Source of the DNA: Armatimonadota bacterium
GTDB lineage: Bacteria; Armatimonadota; UBA5829; DTLH01
Direction of reading: 5' to 3'
Assembly: GCA_039680575.1 (NCBI GenBank)
Contig: JBDKSP010000046.1
Location: 1 to 54,263 of the forward strand
Length of the DNA: 54,263 nt
Part shown: piece by piece, positions 38,172 through 47,898 of the stretch
Numbering within the stretch: the first letter of the stretch is position 1
Layout: each line of letters starts with the position of its first letter
Notes under the pieces: model-generated
The model's input: the letters and a program-made list of their open reading frames with translations, nothing else
What the model was told of the DNA's origin: nothing
The model's database searches: none
Made by a program: the position numbers and the translations under genes

Positions 38172-38840
38172 TCACTGGGCGGCACCATCATCAGGTCTGT
38201 CGTCGCTGGGAGAGCGGCGGCTCTTGATGAACTTCGCAGGCACCCCAGCCACGACGGTATATGGATTCACCGATTTCGTTACGACAGACCCAGCAGCTAC
38301 AACAGCACCTTTGCCTATCCTGACACCTGGGAGGACGGTGACGTGAGCAGCGATCCAGACATCATCCTCAATTGTGATGGGTGACAGCTTGTGGCCTTGA
38401 TCTCTTATCGGTATATCTGGGTCAGAGTAGATGTGGCTGCCGCTGTTTATCACTGTGTATGGCCCGATCATTACGTTGTCTCCTACGCTTATCTTTGCCT
38501 GTGCACTTACGTTGGCTCCGCGATTGATAAAGACGTTGTAGCCCACCTCCAGGTTCTCGGGATAGGAGATGACAACGTGCGGAAGAACATAGAGAGCTCC
38601 ATCGCACCTCCCTAGAGTCTCCGTGTAAAACAGAATTCGCTTGCTCATGTCGATTCCGACCGGTGCCCCCAAACTCAGCCGCTGTTGAAGCATATGCCAC
38701 TCTTCAGAACCGGGGCCAATTCTACGGAGCCGTATACCAAACAGTCTCAGTCTGAGTCTCATCCAGGCTGACGAGATGACATTCCACTTGCTGACACGTC
38801 TTGGATGCCTATCGTAGTAGGCCTGCAATTCCCTTCTCAT
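38172..38840 (-). CDS. Hexapeptide-repeat (left-handed beta-helix) O-acyltransferase
   Basis: VGDNVMIGP, SGSH, PITIEDDVWIAAHVTVLPGVRIGKGAVVAAGSVVTKSV, GVPAK. GGAGG RBS. Confidence 0.9.
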   Translation of the reverse strand: MRRELQAYYDRHPRRVSKWNVISSAWMRLRLRLFGIRLRRIGPGSEEWHMLQQRLSLGAPVGIDMSKRILFYTETLGRCDGALYVLPHVVISYPENLEVGYNVFINRGANVSAQAKISVGDNVMIGPYTVINSGSHIYSDPDIPIRDQGHKLSPITIEDDVWIAAHVTVLPGVRIGKGAVVAAGSVVTKSVNPYTVVAGVPAKFIKSRRSPSDDRPDDGAAQ

Positions 38841-39150
38841 GCTGTACCTCCTAAAACGTAGGTTTCCAATCCGCCATAGTTGCGATAGGCCACGGCCAGT
38901 TGATTCATGCGTCGATAGTCGTCCTTGGTTAGACCCTTGGGCATCTCGATCAGACCCGACTTGACTATGTATCCCTGAGATTCCAGGATTGCGATGATGG
39001 AGTCTCTGAGTTCATCAGCTGAGGGAATGCTTCATTGGATGCGGTGTTATCTTGACGTGCGCAGTCTGCGCCTGATGCGGTTGCATCAGGTGGTCTGCCA
39101 TCTGCTGACCCAGCATGAACTGGTTGTTCGACTGGTACCAATTCCCTCAC
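38837..39150 (-). pseudogene. Frameshifted/truncated gene remnant
   Basis: Start-less protein-like frame 39031-38837 (SIPSADELRDSIIAILESQGYIVKSGLIEMPKGLTKDDYRRMNQLAV...) whose TGA overlaps the acyltransferase ATG. It is one frameshift away from the GTG-39150 ORF. Confidence 0.4.
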
Positions 39151-39162
39151 GTCATCCCCATA

Positions 39163-39372
39163 CTACTTCTTGGTTCGGTCATACGGTGATTGGTTTGTCG
39201 GCTTAAGCGACACACTCTCCTCGCTGGCTTTCGAGCGAATCGCTTCTTCGGTACGCTCAAGCTTCAGCCCGATGACTCGGGTCGGTGTGTTCTCTTTCGC
39301 CAGCTTCTTGAGTTCTCTTACTTGCTGATCAGTCCACTGCTTACCACTATTCGCGGGTTTCTTGGTCATCAT
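39163..39372 (-). CDS. Small conserved basic HTH/Myb-like protein
   Basis: NSGKQWT...LKKLAKENTPTRVIGLKLERTEEAIRSKAS...LKPTNQSPY. GAGG RBS upstream. Confidence 0.75.
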   Translation of the reverse strand: MMTKKPANSGKQWTDQQVRELKKLAKENTPTRVIGLKLERTEEAIRSKASEESVSLKPTNQSPYDRTKK

Positions 39373-39470
39373 CTACCTCTATGCCTCTGGCGCTGATCTA
39401 CACCCTCGATGTGGTGTATGATCGGTACGTCTGCCATACCAGCGCTTCCGCTCCTCATTGTTATGTGTTC

Positions 39471-41369
39471 TCAGTCCCTTGCTCTGATTAGAACTCGTTC
39501 ACCAGCCCATTCTCCTGTGCGGAGAGCTCCGAGCACTGCCATATATGCATCATCACTGGTCACGGACGTCGGATCTCCGTGAGCGGCGATATTGCCCAGC
39601 GTCCTTACGGAGTGCAGATGCTGCGTGATCGGTTCGGGTATGTAGTCTCCTCTGTCGAGTTCAGTAAGCATATCGAATAGCGGCATCCTACCAGGATCGC
39701 TGCCTATTAGCTTCTCGTATATCTCTCTAAGAAGCAACTCTAGACCTCGGCGTGCCGAAAGAAGAGCAATATCCGGTTGGGACTCAGACAACTCCTGGGC
39801 CTTCCGTATCTCTGACCCAACGGCTGGAAACAACATCTCCAGTCGTGCGATTCGTGATTCCAAGCTGCCTACACTACCCTCCGAACTCTCCTCCTCAAGA
39901 ATTTGAGATGGGTCCTCCGGCGGCGCAGACTGGATCGCTGTAGGTATCACGCTCAATCCTTCTATGCCTATCTCGACCTCTGCGAACTCTTGATCCATCT
40001 TGTGTAGTTCGTCCCGAATCCGCTGCCTGAGTTCCACGGCCGGACGCAAGCAATGTAGGGCGAAGTCATCCTCGGAGCAACCCATGTCGGGATAGAGCAG
40101 CTTCATGAAACCTGATGCAAGTCGAACTATGGCCTTCTGATCGCGCAGATCCTCGCATCCGATCAGCTTGGAGTTCTGTGAAGCGTAATCCGCGAATGCT
40201 GTGCTGGCACGAAGCTGATGCAGCACCTCAGAGAAGAAGTCGCCTTTGAAGCCGATACAGCACGACGGCGTGTGTCTTGTAACGCGAGGCAGCTCCCATC
40301 CAGGCAGAAGTCCATGTAGGCGGTCTATGAATGCCGTCTCCCTCAGGAAATTGGGAAACTCGTTGAAGATGCCTCGGTCACTATGCATGGGCTTTCTGTT
40401 CTCATCCAGCAGGATGTTCCCCAACAACACAAGACCTGACTCGGCAGTACCGGAAGTATTCCCGCGACTATACCGACCCGACTCCAGGTATACTTTGAGC
40501 CCCGCCACCAACTCGCCTGTTGAGTCGTCATTTACGCTCTGAACCTCGTCTAGAACAACCACATCGTAGCGAGTGATGAGTCCCGGAGTCTGTCGCACAT
40601 TGTGGTGGAAGAGCACGGGCGCTGAGACGCGCCCTCCGCCTACAACCCGCGCGTACCTCGACACGTTGTCGAAGACGAAAGACTTGCCCGTCCCTTTGGG
40701 GGCAAGCTCAACAAGGTTTGTCCGTGGCTCCACAAGAGGCAGGATGCGAGTCAGCAGAAGCATCTTCTGACGTGCGGTGTGAACCAAAGGGTTGAATCCC
40801 ATAGACGATACCAAGAGGTCAATCCATTCATCTAGCGAGAACCTGGCGCGGGCATTCTTATAGTAATCGACATCTATTGACCCGATCTGAAATGGCTCGA
40901 GGTCGCGCATCCATACTTGCCCCTTGTTGCCTTGCTCGTCCGGCGGCACATAGAACAGCTCGCCAACGCCCCATACGCCACTGGTCAGCAGCAGAGGGTT
41001 GTCGTCGACCAGAGTGTTGTTAATGTAGGCATCTTCTAGGTCAAGCAACGGTATGCGCAGGTGACGGATGCCAGAGTTCAGATTAACGGCCACACTATAG
41101 TCATCGAGAAGCGCGACGGTTTCCATGCTGACGAGCTTGTTCTTCAGCTCGTTCTTCTGACCTTTCTGCGGCAGGTACTTCCCGATGAACGCGGACACTT
41201 CAGCGCGGCCAGCGTCGGTCATTCCGCCGTCAACGAGGTAATCTGAGAGTATCCACTCCCCGACGTACGTAGGGATCGCCCTTGCACCGAAGCCAGCCTG
41301 GCGTATCAGATCCTTACGGATCACTACCTCTCCGAAGTTCTCTAGTGACTTTTGCTCAAATGATTCCAT
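39471..41369 (-). CDS. brxL: BREX BrxL-like AAA+ ATPase lacking the Lon domain, fused to a C-terminal DUF4145 (HEPN-like) domain
   Basis: IPTYVGEW, EWIDLLVSSMG, VELAPKGTGKS, YDVVVLDEV, AFIDRLHG.LPGWE. C-terminal ARRGLE...LHSVRTLGNIAAH. Confidence 0.85.
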   Translation of the reverse strand: MESFEQKSLENFGEVVIRKDLIRQAGFGARAIPTYVGEWILSDYLVDGGMTDAGRAEVSAFIGKYLPQKGQKNELKNKLVSMETVALLDDYSVAVNLNSGIRHLRIPLLDLEDAYINNTLVDDNPLLLTSGVWGVGELFYVPPDEQGNKGQVWMRDLEPFQIGSIDVDYYKNARARFSLDEWIDLLVSSMGFNPLVHTARQKMLLLTRILPLVEPRTNLVELAPKGTGKSFVFDNVSRYARVVGGGRVSAPVLFHHNVRQTPGLITRYDVVVLDEVQSVNDDSTGELVAGLKVYLESGRYSRGNTSGTAESGLVLLGNILLDENRKPMHSDRGIFNEFPNFLRETAFIDRLHGLLPGWELPRVTRHTPSCCIGFKGDFFSEVLHQLRASTAFADYASQNSKLIGCEDLRDQKAIVRLASGFMKLLYPDMGCSEDDFALHCLRPAVELRQRIRDELHKMDQEFAEVEIGIEGLSVIPTAIQSAPPEDPSQILEEESSEGSVGSLESRIARLEMLFPAVGSEIRKAQELSESQPDIALLSARRGLELLLREIYEKLIGSDPGRMPLFDMLTELDRGDYIPEPITQHLHSVRTLGNIAAHGDPTSVTSDDAYMAVLGALRTGEWAGERVLIRARD

Positions 41370-41381
41370 TCTTGTCCCCCA

Positions 41382-43721
41382 CTACCTGAATCGACGTTCC
41401 TTCCGCTCCACCAAGGACCTCACATCGATTGGTATGGCTATTTCCGCTGACTCATACTTCTGCCCCGCCAAAACGAATGAAGCGCTAACTCTGAGTTCAG
41501 TCACCGGCTTGCCGATGTTGCGGAACTTGGCATTGGTCGTTATTCTGGCTATCGCAGATGAGTCTATGATCGCGCAATAGGCTGTGCCGGATTGCATACC
41601 CTCGGCCGCAAACTCACAAGTTACATCTTCAAGCTCGTACTGCCCCGGGTTAGTCACTTCAATCTCGATGACCTCTGGGTTGCCGTACCGGAACACCTTG
41701 TTCACAAGTGAGATCACTGGCATCTCGACTTTCGATAAGGCCCTGCTGAACATGGCAACTGGCACGACGACCTCTTCAGGTGACAGCCCCCCGTGAGCGT
41801 AGCATCCGTCTCCGCCATTGGCAAACCTATAGTACTGTTGCGCCACTGCATAGTTTTCCAAGAGCCCGTGCTGTTGTCGCGGAAACAGGAAGCACTGTTG
41901 CTGCAGGTTGCCAGGAAACTGTTCCAGTTCCGCATCGCTAAGTCTGAGAAATCGATGGTGCCGATCCTCAGTGAAAGTCTTGAAGAAGCCCGTGTCAATC
42001 AGGTTCGCAGCGCGCGAATCCAGCAGGAGCGAACCATGGTCGGCTACAACGGCAATCTGTAAGTCCTGCGATATCCCTTTGGCATCAGACCACCCGCGTA
42101 TTGCCTTAGCCAGACCATCGAAGTAGAACTCTGCAGTATCCTGATATGTCATCCCTGTCTTGGACTGGTCCTCGTGCAGTATCTCATCCAGCTTCAGGTA
42201 GTTCAGGAATATCACGCTCGGCTTTTCGGTCGGGGCGCTGCCGATCTTGCTGATATCCGCTAAGTAATGCACGGGCCGATCTCCAAACTCACCTCTCCAA
42301 CGCTGCGCGAGCGACGAGTAGTCGAACGCGGCAACATCAGATTGCAAGCTGCTTGCGCCGAGAAGGCATTTTTTAGCAACGGATGTCTCTGTCGGCAAGC
42401 TGGCCAGAGCATATTCAGCTTTGGTCCTCGCAAATCCGTGCTTGTTCAGTGCCTTCTGTAGAGCAGGAAGGAATCTGACTCCGAGGTTGTCGGCTATGAT
42501 CACAAGCAGCCACTTCTCGGGTCCGCCAATCCAGTCGCTGACCCGCAGAAGCGCTTTGTGCAGCGCCAGGCTCGAACTGGATTGTATGTCCAGGTAGTTA
42601 GTGTATAGCCATTCCTGGAATTCTTGACTGTAGCAGTCCAATGCCTCGTCCGAATGCCCAACACGCTCACACCAGAACCGGTAGGGCAGGTAATCATCTA
42701 TGGCCCAGCCGACCCAGGATTCGACTGTACTCAAGCATTCCGTACTGGCTGGGAACGCGGGACTGACCAGACCCCCAAGCCTATCCAGTTCTGATGCAAG
42801 CTTCGAACGCAGAGGCGCGAACTTGCTCTTGACCCTGTTTACCGTCGGAGGATCGGCAAGTCCGGTCAGGCGGCTCAGAACGCTGCGCGTCTTCTCGAAC
42901 TCGACTTCGAGCTGGCCGCTCATCGGCGCAAGCAATGACTCCACCCCGTCAATGGTAGTGATGCCTGAACTGAGCTCGTCCAGGTAGACGCCAATATGCG
43001 GGATAGCTGAAGCCGCAGCTTCCTCGCTAACACAAAGGCCAGACGTGTTCAGCCCAAGTTGATTGAGGATATCCAAGTCCTGTCCAATGACTCGGCGTGC
43101 TACAACCTCGGGATATGAGCGCAGAAGCACGAACTGCTCAACAAGCAGCTTTGCTGCGCCGATATCGTCCTTGATCATCTCGGCGAAACGTGTCTCCGCG
43201 TTTGTCTTTGCCTGGCTCTGCCATCGCTCCAATCGTCGCCTGTATGTGGCTACAACGCAGCGTATCTTTGCATTCTGGCTCCATCGTTCCGGGTCATAGG
43301 CATCAAGCAGCTTTCCAAGGCTGTGGAGTGGAAGACGAGGCGAAGCGAAATCCGCACCATAGAAGCTGCGCAGAATGACATTCTCGAAATCGTCGTTTGC
43401 GAACACGCTCGGGCTGTATTCCCAGAGTCGGTCATACGCGAGGTCCGCATCACTGAATGATGAGGGCACGGGTACATTCCACGCTTGCTCTGTAGCGGTT
43501 CGAGCATTGTAGTTCACTATCGTTGACTCAGGCACACCGTGTTTGCTAAGCGCCCTCCGCAGCCACTGAGCGCACGTCCTCTCTCTGACGACCAGATCAA
43601 GGACTTCGGTCCTGCCCATGGCCTGCTGCAATGCCACATATGCCTTGACGTACTCAGCCACCGATGCAACCTGATCGCCGCCCTCATACAGCTTATCGAA
43701 ATCGAGAATTAGCCTAATCAT
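41382..43721 (-). CDS. pglZ: BREX PglZ-domain alkaline-phosphatase-superfamily protein
   Basis: IIADNLG, SLPTETSVAK, LDEILH, VVADHGS, YAHGGLSPEEVVVP. Confidence 0.9.
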   Translation of the reverse strand: MIRLILDFDKLYEGGDQVASVAEYVKAYVALQQAMGRTEVLDLVVRERTCAQWLRRALSKHGVPESTIVNYNARTATEQAWNVPVPSSFSDADLAYDRLWEYSPSVFANDDFENVILRSFYGADFASPRLPLHSLGKLLDAYDPERWSQNAKIRCVVATYRRRLERWQSQAKTNAETRFAEMIKDDIGAAKLLVEQFVLLRSYPEVVARRVIGQDLDILNQLGLNTSGLCVSEEAAASAIPHIGVYLDELSSGITTIDGVESLLAPMSGQLEVEFEKTRSVLSRLTGLADPPTVNRVKSKFAPLRSKLASELDRLGGLVSPAFPASTECLSTVESWVGWAIDDYLPYRFWCERVGHSDEALDCYSQEFQEWLYTNYLDIQSSSSLALHKALLRVSDWIGGPEKWLLVIIADNLGVRFLPALQKALNKHGFARTKAEYALASLPTETSVAKKCLLGASSLQSDVAAFDYSSLAQRWRGEFGDRPVHYLADISKIGSAPTEKPSVIFLNYLKLDEILHEDQSKTGMTYQDTAEFYFDGLAKAIRGWSDAKGISQDLQIAVVADHGSLLLDSRAANLIDTGFFKTFTEDRHHRFLRLSDAELEQFPGNLQQQCFLFPRQQHGLLENYAVAQQYYRFANGGDGCYAHGGLSPEEVVVPVAMFSRALSKVEMPVISLVNKVFRYGNPEVIEIEVTNPGQYELEDVTCEFAAEGMQSGTAYCAIIDSSAIARITTNAKFRNIGKPVTELRVSASFVLAGQKYESAEIAIPIDVRSLVERKERRFR

Positions 43722-46700
43722 GATCCGGCATTCCTATCCAACTGATCCGCGATATCGCGCAAAACCGTTGCGGCCTGTTGACGATCGATTGCGTTCTCGC
43801 CTATCGATGTCTCCACAAAAGAGCGGATGGAAGTCTGGAACGCCGCCGGATCCGGTGGAAGAACGATGTTGACCACCTGATCCATTCCTTCCAACTTCTT
43901 CTGACTCGGCGGCTTCACAGTGAACTTCTCGAGTTGGTCAATGAACTCGACTGCGCATAGCTTGCCATAGTTGCCCTGGGAGTCGCGCGAAACGAGAAGA
44001 ACGGTTCTGTTGCCTCCATTGATTCGGTACTCGTAGGAATCCGAAATAGACTGCACTTGCGCTCCGTGAGCGCTAGGATCTTCACCGGAATCGGACAGCA
44101 ACACCAGGACACCAGCCTTTGGCACTTCGACCTTTATGCACCCACTGCCTGAGTAATGGACTTGCCATTTGCCGTCCTGCCCTTTGAGCTCCTGACCGGC
44201 TATCACGCAGCCTATGAGGGGAGACTCGACCTTGATGGCGTTCTCCTCAATATGCTTGATGCCTTCTCGGAGCTTGGTGACATAGTCCTGCGTCTTGTCG
44301 GTATTCCAATCCGCGACCTGCCCCAGGCCAAGATCCTTTGGGACCAGGCTGAACAGCGTGTTCTCCGTGTCCGTGATCGTTCCCAGATTCTTTGCGAGGG
44401 CACGACTCTCAGACGTGTGCCACTTGGCGCTCAGATCTCTTTGATTCTCGTCAAGGCCGTTGAACCACTCGGAGAGACCAGCTCGACAATCATCATAGGT
44501 GACTCCCTTGATAGCAAACACCGACCTGATATCGCCCAGCAGTCCGCTCCTGAATGTGCCTGGCGCGTCTTCAATCGCCTGCTTGATCTTCGTCACGCAC
44601 TCAACTACCAACGTCGCTCGCGTCTTGTCGATCAAATCGTCGCCAGCTTTTCCGCATACTGTCTGGAGCTTTTGGAACACGAACTCCGAGGGTTCCAGGT
44701 TCGCGCGTACTGCCATAGCATCGACGAACAGCTTCACGGCATCGCTACCCTCGTCTGTGTAGAGGGACTTCACTCTGGCCAACTGAGGCTGCAAGTCCCA
44801 CCACTTCGCTATCGCATCCGAGACTTCGTACACAGTGCGAGCGTCGCTGACGCCAACGGGCAGACCGGTGAAGACTCCATATAGCTCGTTCAGCAGATCA
44901 CGCTGTTCTTTGCTGATTGGCCTCCTGAACATATAAGCGCCAGGGCTCCGGCCGGACAACAGATCCCACAAGTGGTCGAATTCTGTGATCGTGACCTGGC
45001 CAGCCGCAGCTTGATCTCTCTTGACTACGATCTGGTCGCCGAACATCCGTAGCAAGCAGGCAAAGAACATTAGCAGAGCTGTAGGACCAAGACCGTAAGG
45101 CGGCTGCGAGTACTTCTTGACGAAGTCCGCGATGAACAGCCGGTCTTGCCCTCCCAGGCCGTTGATCTGGGCTTCCATCTCAACGAGAGCTGGAAAGACC
45201 TGTGCGTACTTGCTCTCATCGTGTTCCACTTGGCAGGCCATGACGCCTTGTGTTGCGCTCTTCTGGCACAGGACCTGGCTATTGAACAACACTTTCCTTA
45301 GGTACTTGATTTGGCCCTTATCATCCCCATAGTTGGTGTTGATCTCGATGTTCCTGTACGTAGCCAAGAGCGCCTCGACAGCATCCTTGATCTGCATCTT
45401 GTTCTTCATGCTGAGCAGGTTGCCCAGCGAGTAGAGATGAGACTTGTTGAACTCATCGTGCTTCACACGGTTTCGCTTCTCGTAGAGCTCGTCCATCACC
45501 AAGTCCAGAGACTGGTGTGGGCTGCCGGACTTCTGGCTTAGCTGGCGACCGTTCTTGCCATACCATGTCGCCTTGAGCCCATCCAGATACGTGTTGCGTA
45601 TGTCTACGTATCGGCCTTGGTAACCAGCGTGAGCATCTCCGATAAGCTCCGATATGTGCGCCTTGTCAGGAGTGCTGTAGGTATCGTAGTTCGACGATGC
45701 TTCTATCGCCTTGATGGCACGCAGGTTCATGACCGCTTCGGTAACTGGCATTGGTTCTCTGGGTACCGCAGTCAGTACACGGTCGCATGGGTTCTTCGCG
45801 GCTGCGTCACGGGCTTTCTCTATATCCTCCAGGCTCTCGCAGATCACATAGACGCACACGGCATCGTAGTTATCTGCATGAGCAACGCTGTTCAGCCAGT
45901 CTGCTTCCAGCTTGGTGAAGAAATCAGACGTAAGCAGGTCGCTCGGCCGTGCGAATACTCTGATGGCCCGCTTGTCCTCGTTCCACTCATTGTTGTGCCC
46001 ATTGGCCCACAGGATTCGATCTCTCTCCTGCAGTTTCGCGAAAGTCCTCGGGGTGCCGAATGGCTGATTGTCGGGCCAGGCTCTGTCTATGCTCACCTGG
46101 ATCATCTCACTCGCCAGGTCCGCCGGCCGGTTGTCCTCAGATGACCGGTAATCCTCTATCAACTGATCGATGTCCACGCGCTCGGCTGATGCGAACTCAT
46201 AGGTCCTCGATATCGGGCCCATGAACAGGACGCGCTTTTCCTTCAGCTCACCCAGGAGTATCTCCAGATTCCGAATGTCCTTGGGTGCGGTCAGGAACAG
46301 AGAAAACGCGACGTTGTCGAGGTTGCATGGCACGTTCACCAACTGTAGGACGAGCATCGCCCGCATCACCTTTCTGATCTCGGCAATGCGATCCTCACCA
46401 CCCAACAGCTCCTGTCCAGCGAGCTTCTGGAACTCGCGCAAACTCGTCTCATAGTTGGATATCAGCTTGCGAAGCTCGTCTCGGAGTTCGCGGTTCGAAG
46501 TCGACATCTCCTTGGAGAAGAAATCCATTAGCAGATCAGCGGTATAGAGGCGAAGGTTCTGTCCGTCCAGGATATCGTGATCGTCGATGAACCAGGGGAA
46601 TGAGCCACGCTCGCTGGTGTCCTCTGTCGAAAAGAACGTGAACGCCGTCCTGTTATTCGATCCGATCTCTTTGGCCAGCTCCAGCAGGCAGTACGTAGCC

Positions 46701-47893
46701 ATTGGGTGCATCGGGTATGCGCCTTTGGATATCTTCGATGTAATCGTCGGAGCATCCAGCCAATCGAATATCTTCAGTCGCTTGCACTCAGAGGCAAATC
46801 CATTTAGCAGGTTCTCTCTGGGTGCGACCTCGGAAGCCCACGGAGCACTATCGGTAAGCGGCTGGACCATTGCACCGATGATGTCCTCGATGCCTTCAGC
46901 GGTCAACGGGACTTCTTTGATTCGCCCGCTCTCCTTCGAGAAGTCATCCCAGCCCTTGGCGTAGTTCGCGAATGATTTGTGTGCAGCCGCCACGAAGATG
47001 CAGGGCTGTCCTTTGCGGTCGCCGCTGTTGCAGAACTCGGCGAACTCCTGCCAGATGTTGAGCGAAATACGGCGATTCTCGAGGACGTAGCCGAACTCGT
47101 CAAAGAGTATTGCTAGCCCGTCGTACCTGTCCTTGAACGCCTCGCTGGAAGTGAAGTCCTTGATGATGCCGACGAGGTTCGACTTGCTCGGTGTGAACTC
47201 CTCAGTGGTGAACAGCTCCTTGAACACTCGCTTGAAAGCTAGAAGAGCTGCTTCGCGATGTTGCTTGAGTTCTTCTCGTAGCTTGTTAATAGTGTAGTCG
47301 GGCTCGATCTCCTGCAGCGTGTCCAGGAACGCCGAATAGAGGCGGAGGCGACTACCGCCTTTCTCTTCCTCTTCCCAGGTATCGAGCTTGCGTATTGCTT
47401 CATGGTAGTGTGTCTCAAAGATGCCGTGGAAGTCTTCTCTATCAGGTCCGCACGCATCGGCAATGGCCCGAAGCACCACTTCTTCGAAATCGTCATTCGT
47501 GCCATAGTCGCAGACCGCCACAAGCCACCGTTTGTTCTTTCGGAGAGCTCTGAGCCGGTCCACCGGGCCGGGGTCGACTGACTTCCAGTTGGATAGGAAT
47601 CCGGTGATCTCAGGTTGGTCCGAGGTGTTGTGAAGGTAGTTCGCCAGCATCAACATCAAATGCGACTTACCTGTTCCGAAGTTACCCGTCAGCAGGAAAC
47701 ACCTGTCTTTGGCAAGCCCCACTTCGATGGATTTGGTTAGTCGAAGGAATGCATCCCGGTGGCTTTTCACCGGCTGGTAGCGCTCCATGCGGCCGCGATT
47801 GCTGTCCGTATCGAGGAACTCCTCTTTCAGGTTAACGGCCGAGGCGTACCCCGAGTTGAGCTTTACTACTTCGCTTATTCTAGCCATAGTCAT
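43718..47893 (-). CDS. brxC: BREX BrxC/PglY-like large P-loop ATPase
   Basis: LTGNFGTGKSHL, ILFDEFG, YPMHP, NNRTAFTF, PPYGL. Position between brxF and pglZ. Confidence 0.85.
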   Translation of the reverse strand: MTMARISEVVKLNSGYASAVNLKEEFLDTDSNRGRMERYQPVKSHRDAFLRLTKSIEVGLAKDRCFLLTGNFGTGKSHLMLMLANYLHNTSDQPEITGFLSNWKSVDPGPVDRLRALRKNKRWLVAVCDYGTNDDFEEVVLRAIADACGPDREDFHGIFETHYHEAIRKLDTWEEEEKGGSRLRLYSAFLDTLQEIEPDYTINKLREELKQHREAALLAFKRVFKELFTTEEFTPSKSNLVGIIKDFTSSEAFKDRYDGLAILFDEFGYVLENRRISLNIWQEFAEFCNSGDRKGQPCIFVAAAHKSFANYAKGWDDFSKESGRIKEVPLTAEGIEDIIGAMVQPLTDSAPWASEVAPRENLLNGFASECKRLKIFDWLDAPTITSKISKGAYPMHPMATYCLLELAKEIGSNNRTAFTFFSTEDTSERGSFPWFIDDHDILDGQNLRLYTADLLMDFFSKEMSTSNRELRDELRKLISNYETSLREFQKLAGQELLGGEDRIAEIRKVMRAMLVLQLVNVPCNLDNVAFSLFLTAPKDIRNLEILLGELKEKRVLFMGPISRTYEFASAERVDIDQLIEDYRSSEDNRPADLASEMIQVSIDRAWPDNQPFGTPRTFAKLQERDRILWANGHNNEWNEDKRAIRVFARPSDLLTSDFFTKLEADWLNSVAHADNYDAVCVYVICESLEDIEKARDAAAKNPCDRVLTAVPREPMPVTEAVMNLRAIKAIEASSNYDTYSTPDKAHISELIGDAHAGYQGRYVDIRNTYLDGLKATWYGKNGRQLSQKSGSPHQSLDLVMDELYEKRNRVKHDEFNKSHLYSLGNLLSMKNKMQIKDAVEALLATYRNIEINTNYGDDKGQIKYLRKVLFNSQVLCQKSATQGVMACQVEHDESKYAQVFPALVEMEAQINGLGGQDRLFIADFVKKYSQPPYGLGPTALLMFFACLLRMFGDQIVVKRDQAAAGQVTITEFDHLWDLLSGRSPGAYMFRRPISKEQRDLLNELYGVFTGLPVGVSDARTVYEVSDAIAKWWDLQPQLARVKSLYTDEGSDAVKLFVDAMAVRANLEPSEFVFQKLQTVCGKAGDDLIDKTRATLVVECVTKIKQAIEDAPGTFRSGLLGDIRSVFAIKGVTYDDCRAGLSEWFNGLDENQRDLSAKWHTSESRALAKNLGTITDTENTLFSLVPKDLGLGQVADWNTDKTQDYVTKLREGIKHIEENAIKVESPLIGCVIAGQELKGQDGKWQVHYSGSGCIKVEVPKAGVLVLLSDSGEDPSAHGAQVQSISDSYEYRINGGNRTVLLVSRDSQGNYGKLCAVEFIDQLEKFTVKPPSQKKLEGMDQVVNIVLPPDPAAFQTSIRSFVETSIGENAIDRQQAATVLRDIADQLDRNAGS

Positions 47894-47898
47894 CCACC

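Noticed and set aside
39395..39423. GATCTACACC/GGTGTATGATC hairpin after brxL as an intrinsic terminator
   Set aside because: Imperfect stem without a U-tract on the minus strand; function unsupported.
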